Assembly: GCA_009937615.1 (NCBI GenBank)
Contig: JAACFB010000011.1
Location: 6,446 to 70,445, forward strand
From: Gammaproteobacteria bacterium
GTDB lineage: Bacteria > Pseudomonadota > Gammaproteobacteria > Steroidobacterales > Woeseiaceae
Direction of reading: 5' to 3'
Length of the DNA: 64,000 nucleotides
In this document: positions 53,388-62,659 of the stretch, piece after piece
How positions within the stretch are numbered: position 1 is the first letter of the stretch
How the letters are laid out: every line of letters starts with the position of its first letter
Position numbers and translations under genes: made by a program
Notes under the pieces: model-generated
Databases searched by the model: none
Seen by the model: the letters and a program-made list of their open reading frames with translations, nothing else
What the model was told of the DNA's origin: nothing

Positions 53388-54161
53388 TCAATCGGCCAGC
53401 GCAAACTCAGCGACTACCGGCGCGTGATCGGACGGCCGCTCCCACGCACGCGGTTCCTTGTCCACGTAACTCGAGGTGCAGGCTGACGTCATCGCATCGC
53501 TGGTCAGGATCAGGTCGATCCGCAAACCCGCGTTACGTCGAAACCCGGCCGCCCGGTAGTCCCACCAGCTGAAGCTCTTGTCCGGCTGATCGAACTTTCG
53601 AAAGACGTCGGTCAATCCCAGGTCCAGGAGCCGGCGGAGCGCTTGGCGCTCGGCCGGGCTGCAGAGAATGGCCTCCCCCCATTTTTGCGCGTCGTAAACA
53701 TCCTCGTCTGCCGGCGCAATATTGAAGTCACCGAGGACGACGAGCTTTTCGTGTTGCCGCAACTCATCCTGCAGGAAGCCGCCCAGCGCATCGAGCCAGT
53801 CGAGCTTGTAAGCGTATTTCTCGGAACCGACTGCCTGGCCATTAGGCACATATAGATTGACGATCCGGACACCGTCGATCGTCGTCGCAAGAATCCTGCG
53901 CTGCGGATCATCGAAGCCCGGAAAGTCGGTAACGGGATCGTTCGCGGCATGACGACTGACCATGGCGACGCCGTTGTATGTCTTCTGACCGCTGACAACC
54001 GATTGATAGCCGGCTTCGGCGAGTTCGTCAGCCGGGAACGCATCGCTCAGCTGCTTGATCTCCTGCAAGACCAGCGCGTCCGGGTTGTGCGCGTCCAGCC
54101 ACTCGAGGACGTGGGGCAGCCGGACCTTCATTGAATTGACGTTCCAGGTAGCGATTTTCAT
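53388..54161 (-). CDS. xthA: exodeoxyribonuclease III
   Basis: 257 aa starting MKIATWNVNS, with LQE, GDFNIAP and SDHAPV (EEP nuclease motifs). Its start overlaps the prlC stop by 4 nt. Confidence 0.92.
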   Translation of the reverse strand: MKIATWNVNSMKVRLPHVLEWLDAHNPDALVLQEIKQLSDAFPADELAEAGYQSVVSGQKTYNGVAMVSRHAANDPVTDFPGFDDPQRRILATTIDGVRIVNLYVPNGQAVGSEKYAYKLDWLDALGGFLQDELRQHEKLVVLGDFNIAPADEDVYDAQKWGEAILCSPAERQALRRLLDLGLTDVFRKFDQPDKSFSWWDYRAAGFRRNAGLRIDLILTSDAMTSACTSSYVDKEPRAWERPSDHAPVVAEFALAD

Positions 54162-56176
54162 CCGGCTTCGATGCCGCTTTGCCTGAGCAAAGCGTCCAGT
54201 TCGGGTTTCCGTCCGCGGAACGCAACGTACGCCTGCATGATGTCGCGGCTGCCGCCGATCTCGAGGATCTCACGGCGAAAGCGCTCGGCCGTTTTCGAAT
54301 CGAAGATGCCGGCCTCTTCGAACGCGCCGAAGGCATCAGCGGCAAGGACTTCGGCCCACTTGTAGCTGTAATAACCGGCAGCGTAACCGCCGGCGAAAAT
54401 ATGCGAAAAACTATGCGGCTGCCGGTTGTAATCGGGGTGTTTCAGCAGCGAGACTTCGTTCCGAACCTCCCGCAACGTCTCGAGGGGCGCGGCGCCCACT
54501 GCAGTGTCGTACTCGGCATGCAGGCGGAAGTCGAACAAAGCAAATTCGAGCTGTCTCAGCATCGCCATGGCGGCACCTGTATGGCGTGAGTCTGCGAGGC
54601 GGTCGAACAGCGCTTGCGGCAGCGGCGCACCAGACTCGACGTGCGCGGAGCATCGTATTAAGACCTCGTAGTTCCACGCAAAATTTTCCATGAACTGGCT
54701 CGGCAGCTCCACCGCATCCCATGCGACACCGTTGATACCGGCGATGCTCGGATAATTGATGCGCGTCAGAAGGTGATGCAGCATATGGCCGAATTCATGG
54801 AACAGCGTGACAACATCATCATGGGTTAACAGCGAATTGCCGTCCGCATCAAGCGGCGGAAAATTGCACACGAGATAGCCGACCGGCAGAGCCGAATGGC
54901 CGTTGATGTTCTTGCGGCTGATGCATTCATTAACCCATGCCCCGCTGCGTTTGCCGCTGCGCGCATAGAGGTCGGCGTAAAAGCCGCCGATCAGGGCACC
55001 GGTTTCGTCCTTGATCTGGTAATAACGAACATCCTCGTGCCATGCGGCGACATCAACCTGCACGTCCAGCCGCACGCCATACAGACGCTCGGCAAGCTCG
55101 AACAGACCGCTGATGACGGAATGCACCGGGAAATACTGTCGCAGCTCTTCGTTGGACAGGGAGTACTTGGACTGCTTCAGTTTCTCGAACCAGAAAGCGG
55201 TGTCCCAAGGGGCCAGCGCGGTCCCGGCAATTTCAGCGAGTTCGGCCAGCTCCTTCTCGGCTGCCGCCCGTGACCGTGCGGCAAGCTCACGCAGGAACTT
55301 GAAGACAGCCTGGGTCGAGTCCGCCATTTTTGTCGCCAGCGAGTACTCTGCGTAGTTGGAGAAGCCGACCAGGCGGGCCGCCTCGTGGCGCAATGCGAGA
55401 ATGGTCTCGATGTTGCGGCTGTTGTCCCAGTCCGGGTTTGTGCCCTCGTCCGACGCTCGCGTGGCCCAGGCCCGGTAGAACGTTTCGCGAAGGCCACGGC
55501 TCTCGGCGTGCGTCATGACGTCGTGATACGTCGGATAGTCCAGAGTCAGCAGCAGGCCCTGCCGGTCCCGCCTGCGCGCTTCGGCCGCGGCCCGGGCAAC
55601 AGCCTGCGGCGGCAGTCCCGCGAGCTTGCTCTCATCCTCGATGTGCAGGCTCCAGGCATCGGAAGCGTCCTGGATATTGTGTTCGAAAGCAGCCTGTGTC
55701 GCGGCCAGCTTCTGCATGATGTCCCGAAAGCGGTTCTTGTCTTTTTCCGGGAGATCCACGCCGGCGAGGCGGAAGTCACGCAGCGCGTGTCCAACGACAG
55801 ACTTGCGCGCAGGATCATCGGCGCCCAGCTGCTTGTCCACTGCCGCATAGGCCTGCTGCAGGCGTGTATTTTGCGATAATTCGGTGCCGTACTCGGTCAG
55901 CAGCGGCAGGGCCTGGTTGTAAGCATCGCGCCACTCGCGTGATCCGAGTACGCTCTGCAGATGACTGACGGATGACCATGCGCGAGACAACTGATGGTCC
56001 ATCTCCTCGAGAGGCGCAACAATAGAATCGAACTCCGCCGGAGACGTCTGCTCGAGCAGCAGCCTGAGCTTTTGACGATTTGCTGCGATAAGCTCGGTGA
56101 CCGCGGGCAGCACGTGTTCTGCTTTGATGTCTTCAAATCGCGGTAGCGATGTAGTGTCGAGAAGTGGGTTCGTCAT
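54158..56176 (-). CDS. prlC: oligopeptidase A (M3 family)
   Basis: 672 aa with the HEFGH zinc motif and full-length M3A architecture. Confidence 0.9.
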   Translation of the reverse strand: MTNPLLDTTSLPRFEDIKAEHVLPAVTELIAANRQKLRLLLEQTSPAEFDSIVAPLEEMDHQLSRAWSSVSHLQSVLGSREWRDAYNQALPLLTEYGTELSQNTRLQQAYAAVDKQLGADDPARKSVVGHALRDFRLAGVDLPEKDKNRFRDIMQKLAATQAAFEHNIQDASDAWSLHIEDESKLAGLPPQAVARAAAEARRRDRQGLLLTLDYPTYHDVMTHAESRGLRETFYRAWATRASDEGTNPDWDNSRNIETILALRHEAARLVGFSNYAEYSLATKMADSTQAVFKFLRELAARSRAAAEKELAELAEIAGTALAPWDTAFWFEKLKQSKYSLSNEELRQYFPVHSVISGLFELAERLYGVRLDVQVDVAAWHEDVRYYQIKDETGALIGGFYADLYARSGKRSGAWVNECISRKNINGHSALPVGYLVCNFPPLDADGNSLLTHDDVVTLFHEFGHMLHHLLTRINYPSIAGINGVAWDAVELPSQFMENFAWNYEVLIRCSAHVESGAPLPQALFDRLADSRHTGAAMAMLRQLEFALFDFRLHAEYDTAVGAAPLETLREVRNEVSLLKHPDYNRQPHSFSHIFAGGYAAGYYSYKWAEVLAADAFGAFEEAGIFDSKTAERFRREILEIGGSRDIMQAYVAFRGRKPELDALLRQSGIEAG

Positions 56177-56265
56177 TGCGGTAGCTGCTATTGTTTTCCG
56201 GCGCCGGATGTTAGCACAGCACAGGGTCGAACGACCGCAGCAACGGCCAGGCCTGAGGAGCCAGT

Positions 56266-57612
56266 GTGAAAAAGCATTTTGATCTTATCGTGATCGGCGG
56301 CGGCAGCGGCGGTGTTGCTCACGCGCGCCGCGCCGCGGAGTACGGCGCGCAGGTCGCGCTCGTCGAATATGGGCGGCTCGGGGGCACCTGCGTCAATGTC
56401 GGCTGCGTGCCGAAGAAAGTCATGTGGTACACGGCAGGCCATGCACATCACTTTGAACATGCCGCAGATTACGGATTCGATGTAACCGTCAACGGTCATG
56501 ACTGGCGTGGCCTGAAGCGGCGGCGTGACGCGTATATCAGGCGCCTCAATGAGATTTACGGCAAGCTGCTCGACGGCAGCGGCGTCACGACGATCAGCGG
56601 AACAGCACGGTTTATCGATGCGCACACGGTCGCGGTCGGCACCGAGCACTATACGGCGGAGCGCATCGTCGTCGCTACGGGAGGCCGGCCAATGGTACCC
56701 GGGTTGGCCGGCGCCGAGCTTGGCATAACCTCCGACGACTTCTTTGCGCTCGACGAACGCCCGCAGCGGGTGCTGATTGCCGGCAGCGGCTACATTGCCG
56801 TCGAGCTGGCCGGCGTGTTCCATGGCCTGGGCAGCGCTACACAGCTTGTTGTGCGCAAGGACGGCATCGTTCGCAGCTTCGACGCGATGCTGGGTAGCGA
56901 GCTCATGCAGGCCATGCACAAGGACGGCGTCGATATCGTGACTCGCGTCGTGCCAACGGCACTTGAGCAAACGGCCGCCGGGATTGTGATGCATGCCGGG
57001 GACGGCCGCTCTTTTGGCCCCGCGGATTGCGTGCTGTGGGCGATCGGGCGCGAACCCAATACGGATGGCCTCGATCTCGCCAAGGCCGGTATCAAGACGG
57101 ACGGGGGCGGCTTTATTCCTGTCGATACGTTGCAACAGACGAATGTTGAACACATTTTTGCGCTGGGTGACGTGACCGGGAGGCAGGCGTTGACGCCGGT
57201 CGCAATCGCAGCGGGGCGACGGCTGGCCGATCGGCTTTATGGTGGCATGGAGGGCAGGCGTCTCGACTACAAGCTCGTGCCCACGGTGATTTTCAGTCAT
57301 CCCCCGATCGGGACGGTTGGCATGACCGAGGACGAGGCGCGCGCCGAATTTGGTGAAGCAGTCAACGTCTATTCGTCGCGGTTCACCGCGATGTATTACG
57401 CGCTCGGCGACAGGAAACAGCGCTCCGTCATGAAATTAATTACCGTGGGTGAGGATGAGCGCATCGTTGGCTGCCACGTCATTGGTGACGGTGCTGACGA
57501 GATGCTTCAGGGTTTCGCCGTGGCCATACGCATGGGTGCAACGAAGGCAGACTTCGACGATACCGTTGCGATTCACCCAACGAGCGCGGAAGAGCTCGTT
57601 ACAATGCGCTGA
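56266..57612 (+). CDS. gor: glutathione-disulfide reductase
   Basis: The GTG start follows GAGGAG. It has GGGSGG, the redox-active [13 protein letters not shown], and the C-terminal dimerisation HPTSAEE. Confidence 0.88.
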   Translation: MKKHFDLIVIGGGSGGVAHARRAAEYGAQVALVEYGRLGGTCVNVGCVPKKVMWYTAGHAHHFEHAADYGFDVTVNGHDWRGLKRRRDAYIRRLNEIYGKLLDGSGVTTISGTARFIDAHTVAVGTEHYTAERIVVATGGRPMVPGLAGAELGITSDDFFALDERPQRVLIAGSGYIAVELAGVFHGLGSATQLVVRKDGIVRSFDAMLGSELMQAMHKDGVDIVTRVVPTALEQTAAGIVMHAGDGRSFGPADCVLWAIGREPNTDGLDLAKAGIKTDGGGFIPVDTLQQTNVEHIFALGDVTGRQALTPVAIAAGRRLADRLYGGMEGRRLDYKLVPTVIFSHPPIGTVGMTEDEARAEFGEAVNVYSSRFTAMYYALGDRKQRSVMKLITVGEDERIVGCHVIGDGADEMLQGFAVAIRMGATKADFDDTVAIHPTSAEELVTMR

Positions 57613-58441
57613 TCGACAGTTGCTTCAGGACCGGCGCGGTGTCTGGGCGGATGCCGCGCCAGATCTGAAAGGATTCCGCGGCCTGCTCGACGAGCATGCC
57701 CCATCCCATGACCGATCGAGCGGCGCCCTGTTCATGGGCCCAAACGCTGAAAGGGGTCGGGTTCAACCCGTAGGACAGGTCATAACAAAATGTGTTTTCC
57801 GAAACGGCTGCTGCCGGATACGGCGGCGTATCGCCCCGCAGGCCGGCCGACGTCGCGTTGATGACCAGGTCGTAGGAGTCACTCATGGGCACGGTACTGA
57901 AGCGGCAGGCCGCTACCGGACCGAGCTGTCCGAAATGTTCCGCGAGTGCCTGCGCTTTCGCGATCGTCCGGTTGGCGATGCACAGGGACGCAGGGCGCAT
58001 TTCAAGCAGCGGTGCGATAATGCCGCGCGTCGCACCGCCAGCGCCCAGGATCAGAATATTGCTGCCCTCGATGTTGAGCTCGAGATTGACAACCAGGTCT
58101 CTCAGCAAGCCGATCCCGTCGGTATTTTCGCCGAGAATCGTACCGTCTTTGAATGTCAGCGTATTGACGGCGCCGGCCATGCTGGCGCGCTCGCTCAAAC
58201 GATCGACCAGCCGCGTGACTTCGCTTTTATGCGGGACCGTGATGTTCAGGCCTTTGCCGCCGGCGCGCTGAAACTGGCGGATCGCGGTCTCCAGATTCTC
58301 CGGCGCAACCTGGAGCAGCTCGTACTGCATATGCTGCCCGGTCTGCAGGGCGAACAGCCGATGTATGACCGGCGAACGGCTGTGCGAGACGGGATAGCCC
58401 ATCACGCCATAACGATCTATGGTTGTCGTCTCAGTCTGCAA
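57599..58441 (-). CDS. aroE: shikimate dehydrogenase
   Basis: 280 aa with [21 protein letters not shown] and GAGGATRG. Confidence 0.92.
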   Translation of the reverse strand: MQTETTTIDRYGVMGYPVSHSRSPVIHRLFALQTGQHMQYELLQVAPENLETAIRQFQRAGGKGLNITVPHKSEVTRLVDRLSERASMAGAVNTLTFKDGTILGENTDGIGLLRDLVVNLELNIEGSNILILGAGGATRGIIAPLLEMRPASLCIANRTIAKAQALAEHFGQLGPVAACRFSTVPMSDSYDLVINATSAGLRGDTPPYPAAAVSENTFCYDLSYGLNPTPFSVWAHEQGAARSVMGWGMLVEQAAESFQIWRGIRPDTAPVLKQLSISAL

Positions 58442-58508
58442 AATGATCTGTCCCGTTCACCGAGATGACGTCACGAATAGCGCGGACCCGGCTGAGGCAG
58501 CAGCATAC

Positions 58509-59522
<1,014 letters not shown>

Positions 59523-59637
59523 TCAGCATAACAGTAACAATTTCCGATTTTCCCTGTATTTAGGTAGGGTTTCCACGTCTGGACCACAGATTTCTGCCGT
59601 TTCCGTAATAAATATCAGACCGGGCGGGTCATCTCGT

Positions 59638-60153
59638 ATGCAAAGCAACAATGCCGAGCTCAATCGGCGTCAGAGGTTTGATCAGGTAGTGGGTGAGTTC
59701 CATCAGGACATGTACCGTTACGCAGCGTGGCTGAGCCGGGATACCGCCGTCGCCGAAGACGTGGTCCAGGAAGCACTGCTGCGCGCCTGGCAGTCTCTTG
59801 ACGCGCTCCGCGACGATGCGGCTGCAAAACCCTGGTTACTGACGATCGTGAGACGCGAAAACGCCCGTTACTTTGAGCGCAAGCGTCTGGATACGATAGA
59901 CATCGATAACCTGACCGCGTCGCAGTCAGCGATGCTGGCCGAACACCCGGACGAAGAGCTCGACGATGTGCGCAAGGCGATATATGCGCTGGATGATGAT
60001 TATCGTGAGCCGCTCGTACTCCAGGTTCTCATGGGGTTCAGCACCACGGAGATCGCAGAGCAGCTCGGACTCAAGCAAGGCGCCGTGCTGACGCGGCTGC
60101 ACCGCGCCAGGGCGAAGCTGAGGGAAACGATGAACGCCGGGACGGTCGAGTGA
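59638..60153 (+). CDS. ECF-type RNA polymerase sigma factor
   Basis: The ATG at 59638 gives a 171-aa protein with region 2 (VVQEALLRAW...PWLLTIVRRE) and region 4 (EIAEQLGLKQGAVLTRLHRAR). The track ORF extension overlaps hemB and is rejected. Confidence 0.88.
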   Translation: MQSNNAELNRRQRFDQVVGEFHQDMYRYAAWLSRDTAVAEDVVQEALLRAWQSLDALRDDAAAKPWLLTIVRRENARYFERKRLDTIDIDNLTASQSAMLAEHPDEELDDVRKAIYALDDDYREPLVLQVLMGFSTTEIAEQLGLKQGAVLTRLHRARAKLRETMNAGTVE

Positions 60154-60875
60154 GCGCCGGTAACCAGATCATGAATTGCGAAGATTACAGACAGGCCGTT
60201 GCCGCCGAGCCGTCATTCGACGGCGGCGCAGGGCATCTTGCCGACTGTTCGTCTTGCCAGGAATACCGGAAGGAGATGCTGGCGCTGGACCGGAAACTAG
60301 GACTTGCGATGGCCATTGCCGTGCCGAAGCTCGTGATGCCCGAATTGCCCGACATCGAAAATGTCGTCGCGCTGCCGCGCCGGCAGCGAATCACGACACC
60401 GGCGTGGTTCGCCATGGCGGCAACGGTGGTTCTTGCCGCCGTGCTCGGTGTTCGCATGTTTAGCAGCAGTATTGAGTATGACTCGCTCGCAGACGAAGTA
60501 TTGGCGCATTTGCAGCATGAGCCTTACGCACTGCGCGTAACGGACGAGGCGGTCCCGGATGCGAGGCTCGAAGCGGTTGTGCCGGCGACTGTCGCGAGAT
60601 TCGATCGCAACGCCGGGCTGATTACGTATGCGCAGAGTTGCGTCATCAACGGCAACGAGGTGCCGCACCTCGTGATCCAGGGCGAACGGGGACCCGTGAC
60701 AATCCTGTTGATGCCTGATGAAAGGTCGACCGAAGCGGTGTCTTTCGGCAACGCCACGACGAAGGGCGTGATATTGCCCGTCGGCAGTGGCAGCATTGCG
60801 ATTCTTGGTGAGCGCGACGAGCAGCTCGAGAAGTTCGAACAGAGTGTAGTGAAATCGGTGATGTGGAGTACCTGA
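60150..60875 (+). CDS. single-pass anti-sigma factor (DUF3379-like) with an H-x3-C-x2-C motif
   Basis: The GTG at 60150 overlaps the sigma stop (GTGA); the ATG at 60171 is an alternative. The N-terminus carries HLADCSSC, followed by one TM helix (WFAMAATVVLAAVLGV) and a periplasmic C-terminal domain. The DUF3379 assignment is from memory. Confidence 0.75.
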   Translation: MSAGNQIMNCEDYRQAVAAEPSFDGGAGHLADCSSCQEYRKEMLALDRKLGLAMAIAVPKLVMPELPDIENVVALPRRQRITTPAWFAMAATVVLAAVLGVRMFSSSIEYDSLADEVLAHLQHEPYALRVTDEAVPDARLEAVVPATVARFDRNAGLITYAQSCVINGNEVPHLVIQGERGPVTILLMPDERSTEAVSFGNATTKGVILPVGSGSIAILGERDEQLEKFEQSVVKSVMWST

Positions 60876-60936
60876 AGGATACGTCGCCAAATCGGATGCC
60901 CAACCTGGGCAAACAAACCCTAGCAGGAGAGAGAAA

Positions 60937-61269
60937 ATGTCGGAAAAGAAAGTTGTAAAACCTGTAGCGCTGGCCGTAGGTGCGGCACTGGCCGGATCTT
61001 TCGCGCTGAGCGGCAGCATCGCCAGTGCGGAGGCCGTTGACAATCCGTTCGCCATGTCGACGTTGAGCGCGGGCTACATGCTCGGCGAGGGCGAAGGCAG
61101 CTGTGGCGGCGACAAGGAAGGTAAGGGCGATTCCGAAGGCAGTTGCGGCGAAGGCAGCTGTGGCGGCGACAAGGAAGGCGAGAAGGAAGGCGAAGGTTCC
61201 TGCGGTGAGTCCGGCGAGAAAGAAGGTGAAGGCTCCTGCGGAGAGGGCAGCTGCGGCGCCGAGACGTAG
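60937..61269 (+). CDS. secreted Gly/Glu/Lys-rich protein with six EGSCG repeats (HvfA-like putative metal-binding RiPP/protein precursor)
   Basis: AGGAGAG RBS. The signal peptide is MSEKKVVKPVALAVGAALAGSFALSGSIASA/EA, followed by an NPFAMSTLSAGY linker and then six E-G-S-C-G repeats within 60 aa. A terminator follows at 61361. Confidence 0.8.
   Translation: MSEKKVVKPVALAVGAALAGSFALSGSIASAEAVDNPFAMSTLSAGYMLGEGEGSCGGDKEGKGDSEGSCGEGSCGGDKEGEKEGEGSCGESGEKEGEGSCGEGSCGAET
61090..61178 (+). repeat. perfect 32-nt direct repeat (GGCGAAGGCAGCTGTGGCGGCGACAAGGAAGG) at 61090-61121 and 61147-61178, inside the EGSCG gene
   Basis: Read directly. The copies are offset by 57 nt (19 codons) and encode GEGSCGGDKEG. 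Confidence 0.9.
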
Positions 61270-61360
61270 TGAGACCGCACCACTGAAGGCAAATGCGGTG
61301 ATGGCTGCCGCGTAGAGATCCTCTACGATCGACCGTCGCCCCTGCGCTTCAGGTGCCGAG

Positions 61361-61388
61361 AGCCCGTGCTTTTGCGCGGGCTTTTTTA
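61361..61388 (+). terminator. rho-independent terminator after the EGSCG-repeat gene
   Basis: AGCCCGTGC-TTTT-GCGCGGGCT forms a 9-bp stem with one G-U pair. It is followed by TTTTTAT. Confidence 0.8.
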
Positions 61389-61521
61389 TGCGCGGATGAT
61401 GTGCCCGGAGTCGAGCCGGGTGGTGTGCTTCGAGCAGGTGAAGCGGTTCCACGTATCTTGCCGATCCGCTCTAAAACGCGCTCGCTAACGCGTGAGCTCA
61501 GCTGGTACATTAATCCCTGCC

Positions 61522-62118
61522 ATGGCCAAGCAGGTAACACGATGCCGATGGGCCGAGGGTGTCAGCCTCGACTACATCGAATACCACGACAAGGAGTGGG
61601 GCGTGCCCGTTTACGATGACCGGGTGCAGTTCGAGTTTTTGATTCTGGAGGGAGCGCAGGCGGGCTTGAGCTGGTCAACGATACTGAATAAGCGAGAGGG
61701 TTACCGCAACGCGTTTGCTGACTTCGATGCTCAAAAGGTGGCGCGTTTCACGGCTCGGCGCGTCGAAAAATTACTGCAGGATCCCTCGATCGTTCGGAAT
61801 CGCCTGAAGGTTCAGTCGGCGATTACGAACGCCAAAGCGTTCCTGGCGGTCCAGGACGAGTTCGGTAGCTTCAGCGAGTATATCTGGGGTTTCGTTGACG
61901 GCCGGCCCGTTCAGAACCGGTTCCGGAGAGACAGGGATATTCCGGCGACATCTGCGGTGTCGGACAAGCTGAGCAAGGACCTGAAACAGCGGGGCTTCAA
62001 GTTCGTCGGCAGCACGATCATGTACGCGCATCTGCAGGCGACCGGGCTCGTCAACGACCACGTTACCGGCTGTTTCCGTTACAGGCATTGCGCCGATCTT
62101 GCCTCGAAGCGAGGCTGA
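61522..62118 (+). CDS. tag: DNA-3-methyladenine glycosylase I
   Basis: The ATG at 61522 gives MAKQVTRCRWAEGVSLDYIEYHDKEWGVPVYDD, with FEFLILEGAQAGLSW and the zinc-snap residues of Tag. Confidence 0.9.
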   Translation: MAKQVTRCRWAEGVSLDYIEYHDKEWGVPVYDDRVQFEFLILEGAQAGLSWSTILNKREGYRNAFADFDAQKVARFTARRVEKLLQDPSIVRNRLKVQSAITNAKAFLAVQDEFGSFSEYIWGFVDGRPVQNRFRRDRDIPATSAVSDKLSKDLKQRGFKFVGSTIMYAHLQATGLVNDHVTGCFRYRHCADLASKRG

Positions 62119-62188
62119 GGGCCGCAGATAGCCCGGCGGCTTGCAATCCGCTACGGGCCGGTGGATTATCGTGTGACTCTCGCAGGTC

Positions 62189-62650
62189 ATGCAGTCAACG
62201 GGGGCGATCGCCATGTCGATAGAACTCAACGGCAAACCGGGCGCAAATTTCTGGATCATTGGCGCGGCTGCGCTGGTCTGGAACCTGATCGGCCTGGTCT
62301 TCTATTTCGGACACGTCACGCTATCGCCGGAGGCGCTGGCGAAGCTACCCGAAGCGCAGCAGGACTTTCTGACGTCGACACCCACCTGGGCAACCGCGGC
62401 GTTCGCGACTGGCGTAAACGCGGGCATGCTCGCCAGTCTCTTGCTGCTGTTGCGCAAAGCCTGGGCTGTGCCTGTTTTCGCCGTATCGCTGGCCGGTATC
62501 GTCCTTCAGGATTTCGATGCGTTCGTATTGCGCGGCGGGTTCGCCGTGGTCGGTGTTAACGGCGTCATCATCCCGTCGATGGTTTTGGTTATCGCGGTGC
62601 TGTTGCTCTGGTATGCGAGGGCCGCCAAAGCCAGGAACTGGCTTGCATAG
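62189..62650 (+). CDS. hypothetical 4-TM membrane protein
   Basis: 153-aa ORF with four clear hydrophobic helices. I recognise no family. The ATG at 62213 is a possible start. Confidence 0.5.
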   Translation: MQSTGAIAMSIELNGKPGANFWIIGAAALVWNLIGLVFYFGHVTLSPEALAKLPEAQQDFLTSTPTWATAAFATGVNAGMLASLLLLLRKAWAVPVFAVSLAGIVLQDFDAFVLRGGFAVVGVNGVIIPSMVLVIAVLLLWYARAAKARNWLA

Positions 62651-62659
62651 ACGCGACGC

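Noticed and set aside
56188-57300. 370-aa minus-strand ORF
   Set aside because: It is antisense to gor, an artefact.
57449-58468. 339-aa plus-strand ORF
   Set aside because: It is antisense to aroE, an artefact.
61103-61315. 70-aa Lys/Ala/Arg-rich (histone-H1-like) ORF in an alternative frame of the EGSCG gene
   Set aside because: It is a by-product of reading the GGC/GAA/AAG-rich repeat in another frame. It has no RBS, while the signal-peptide frame is clearly the real one.
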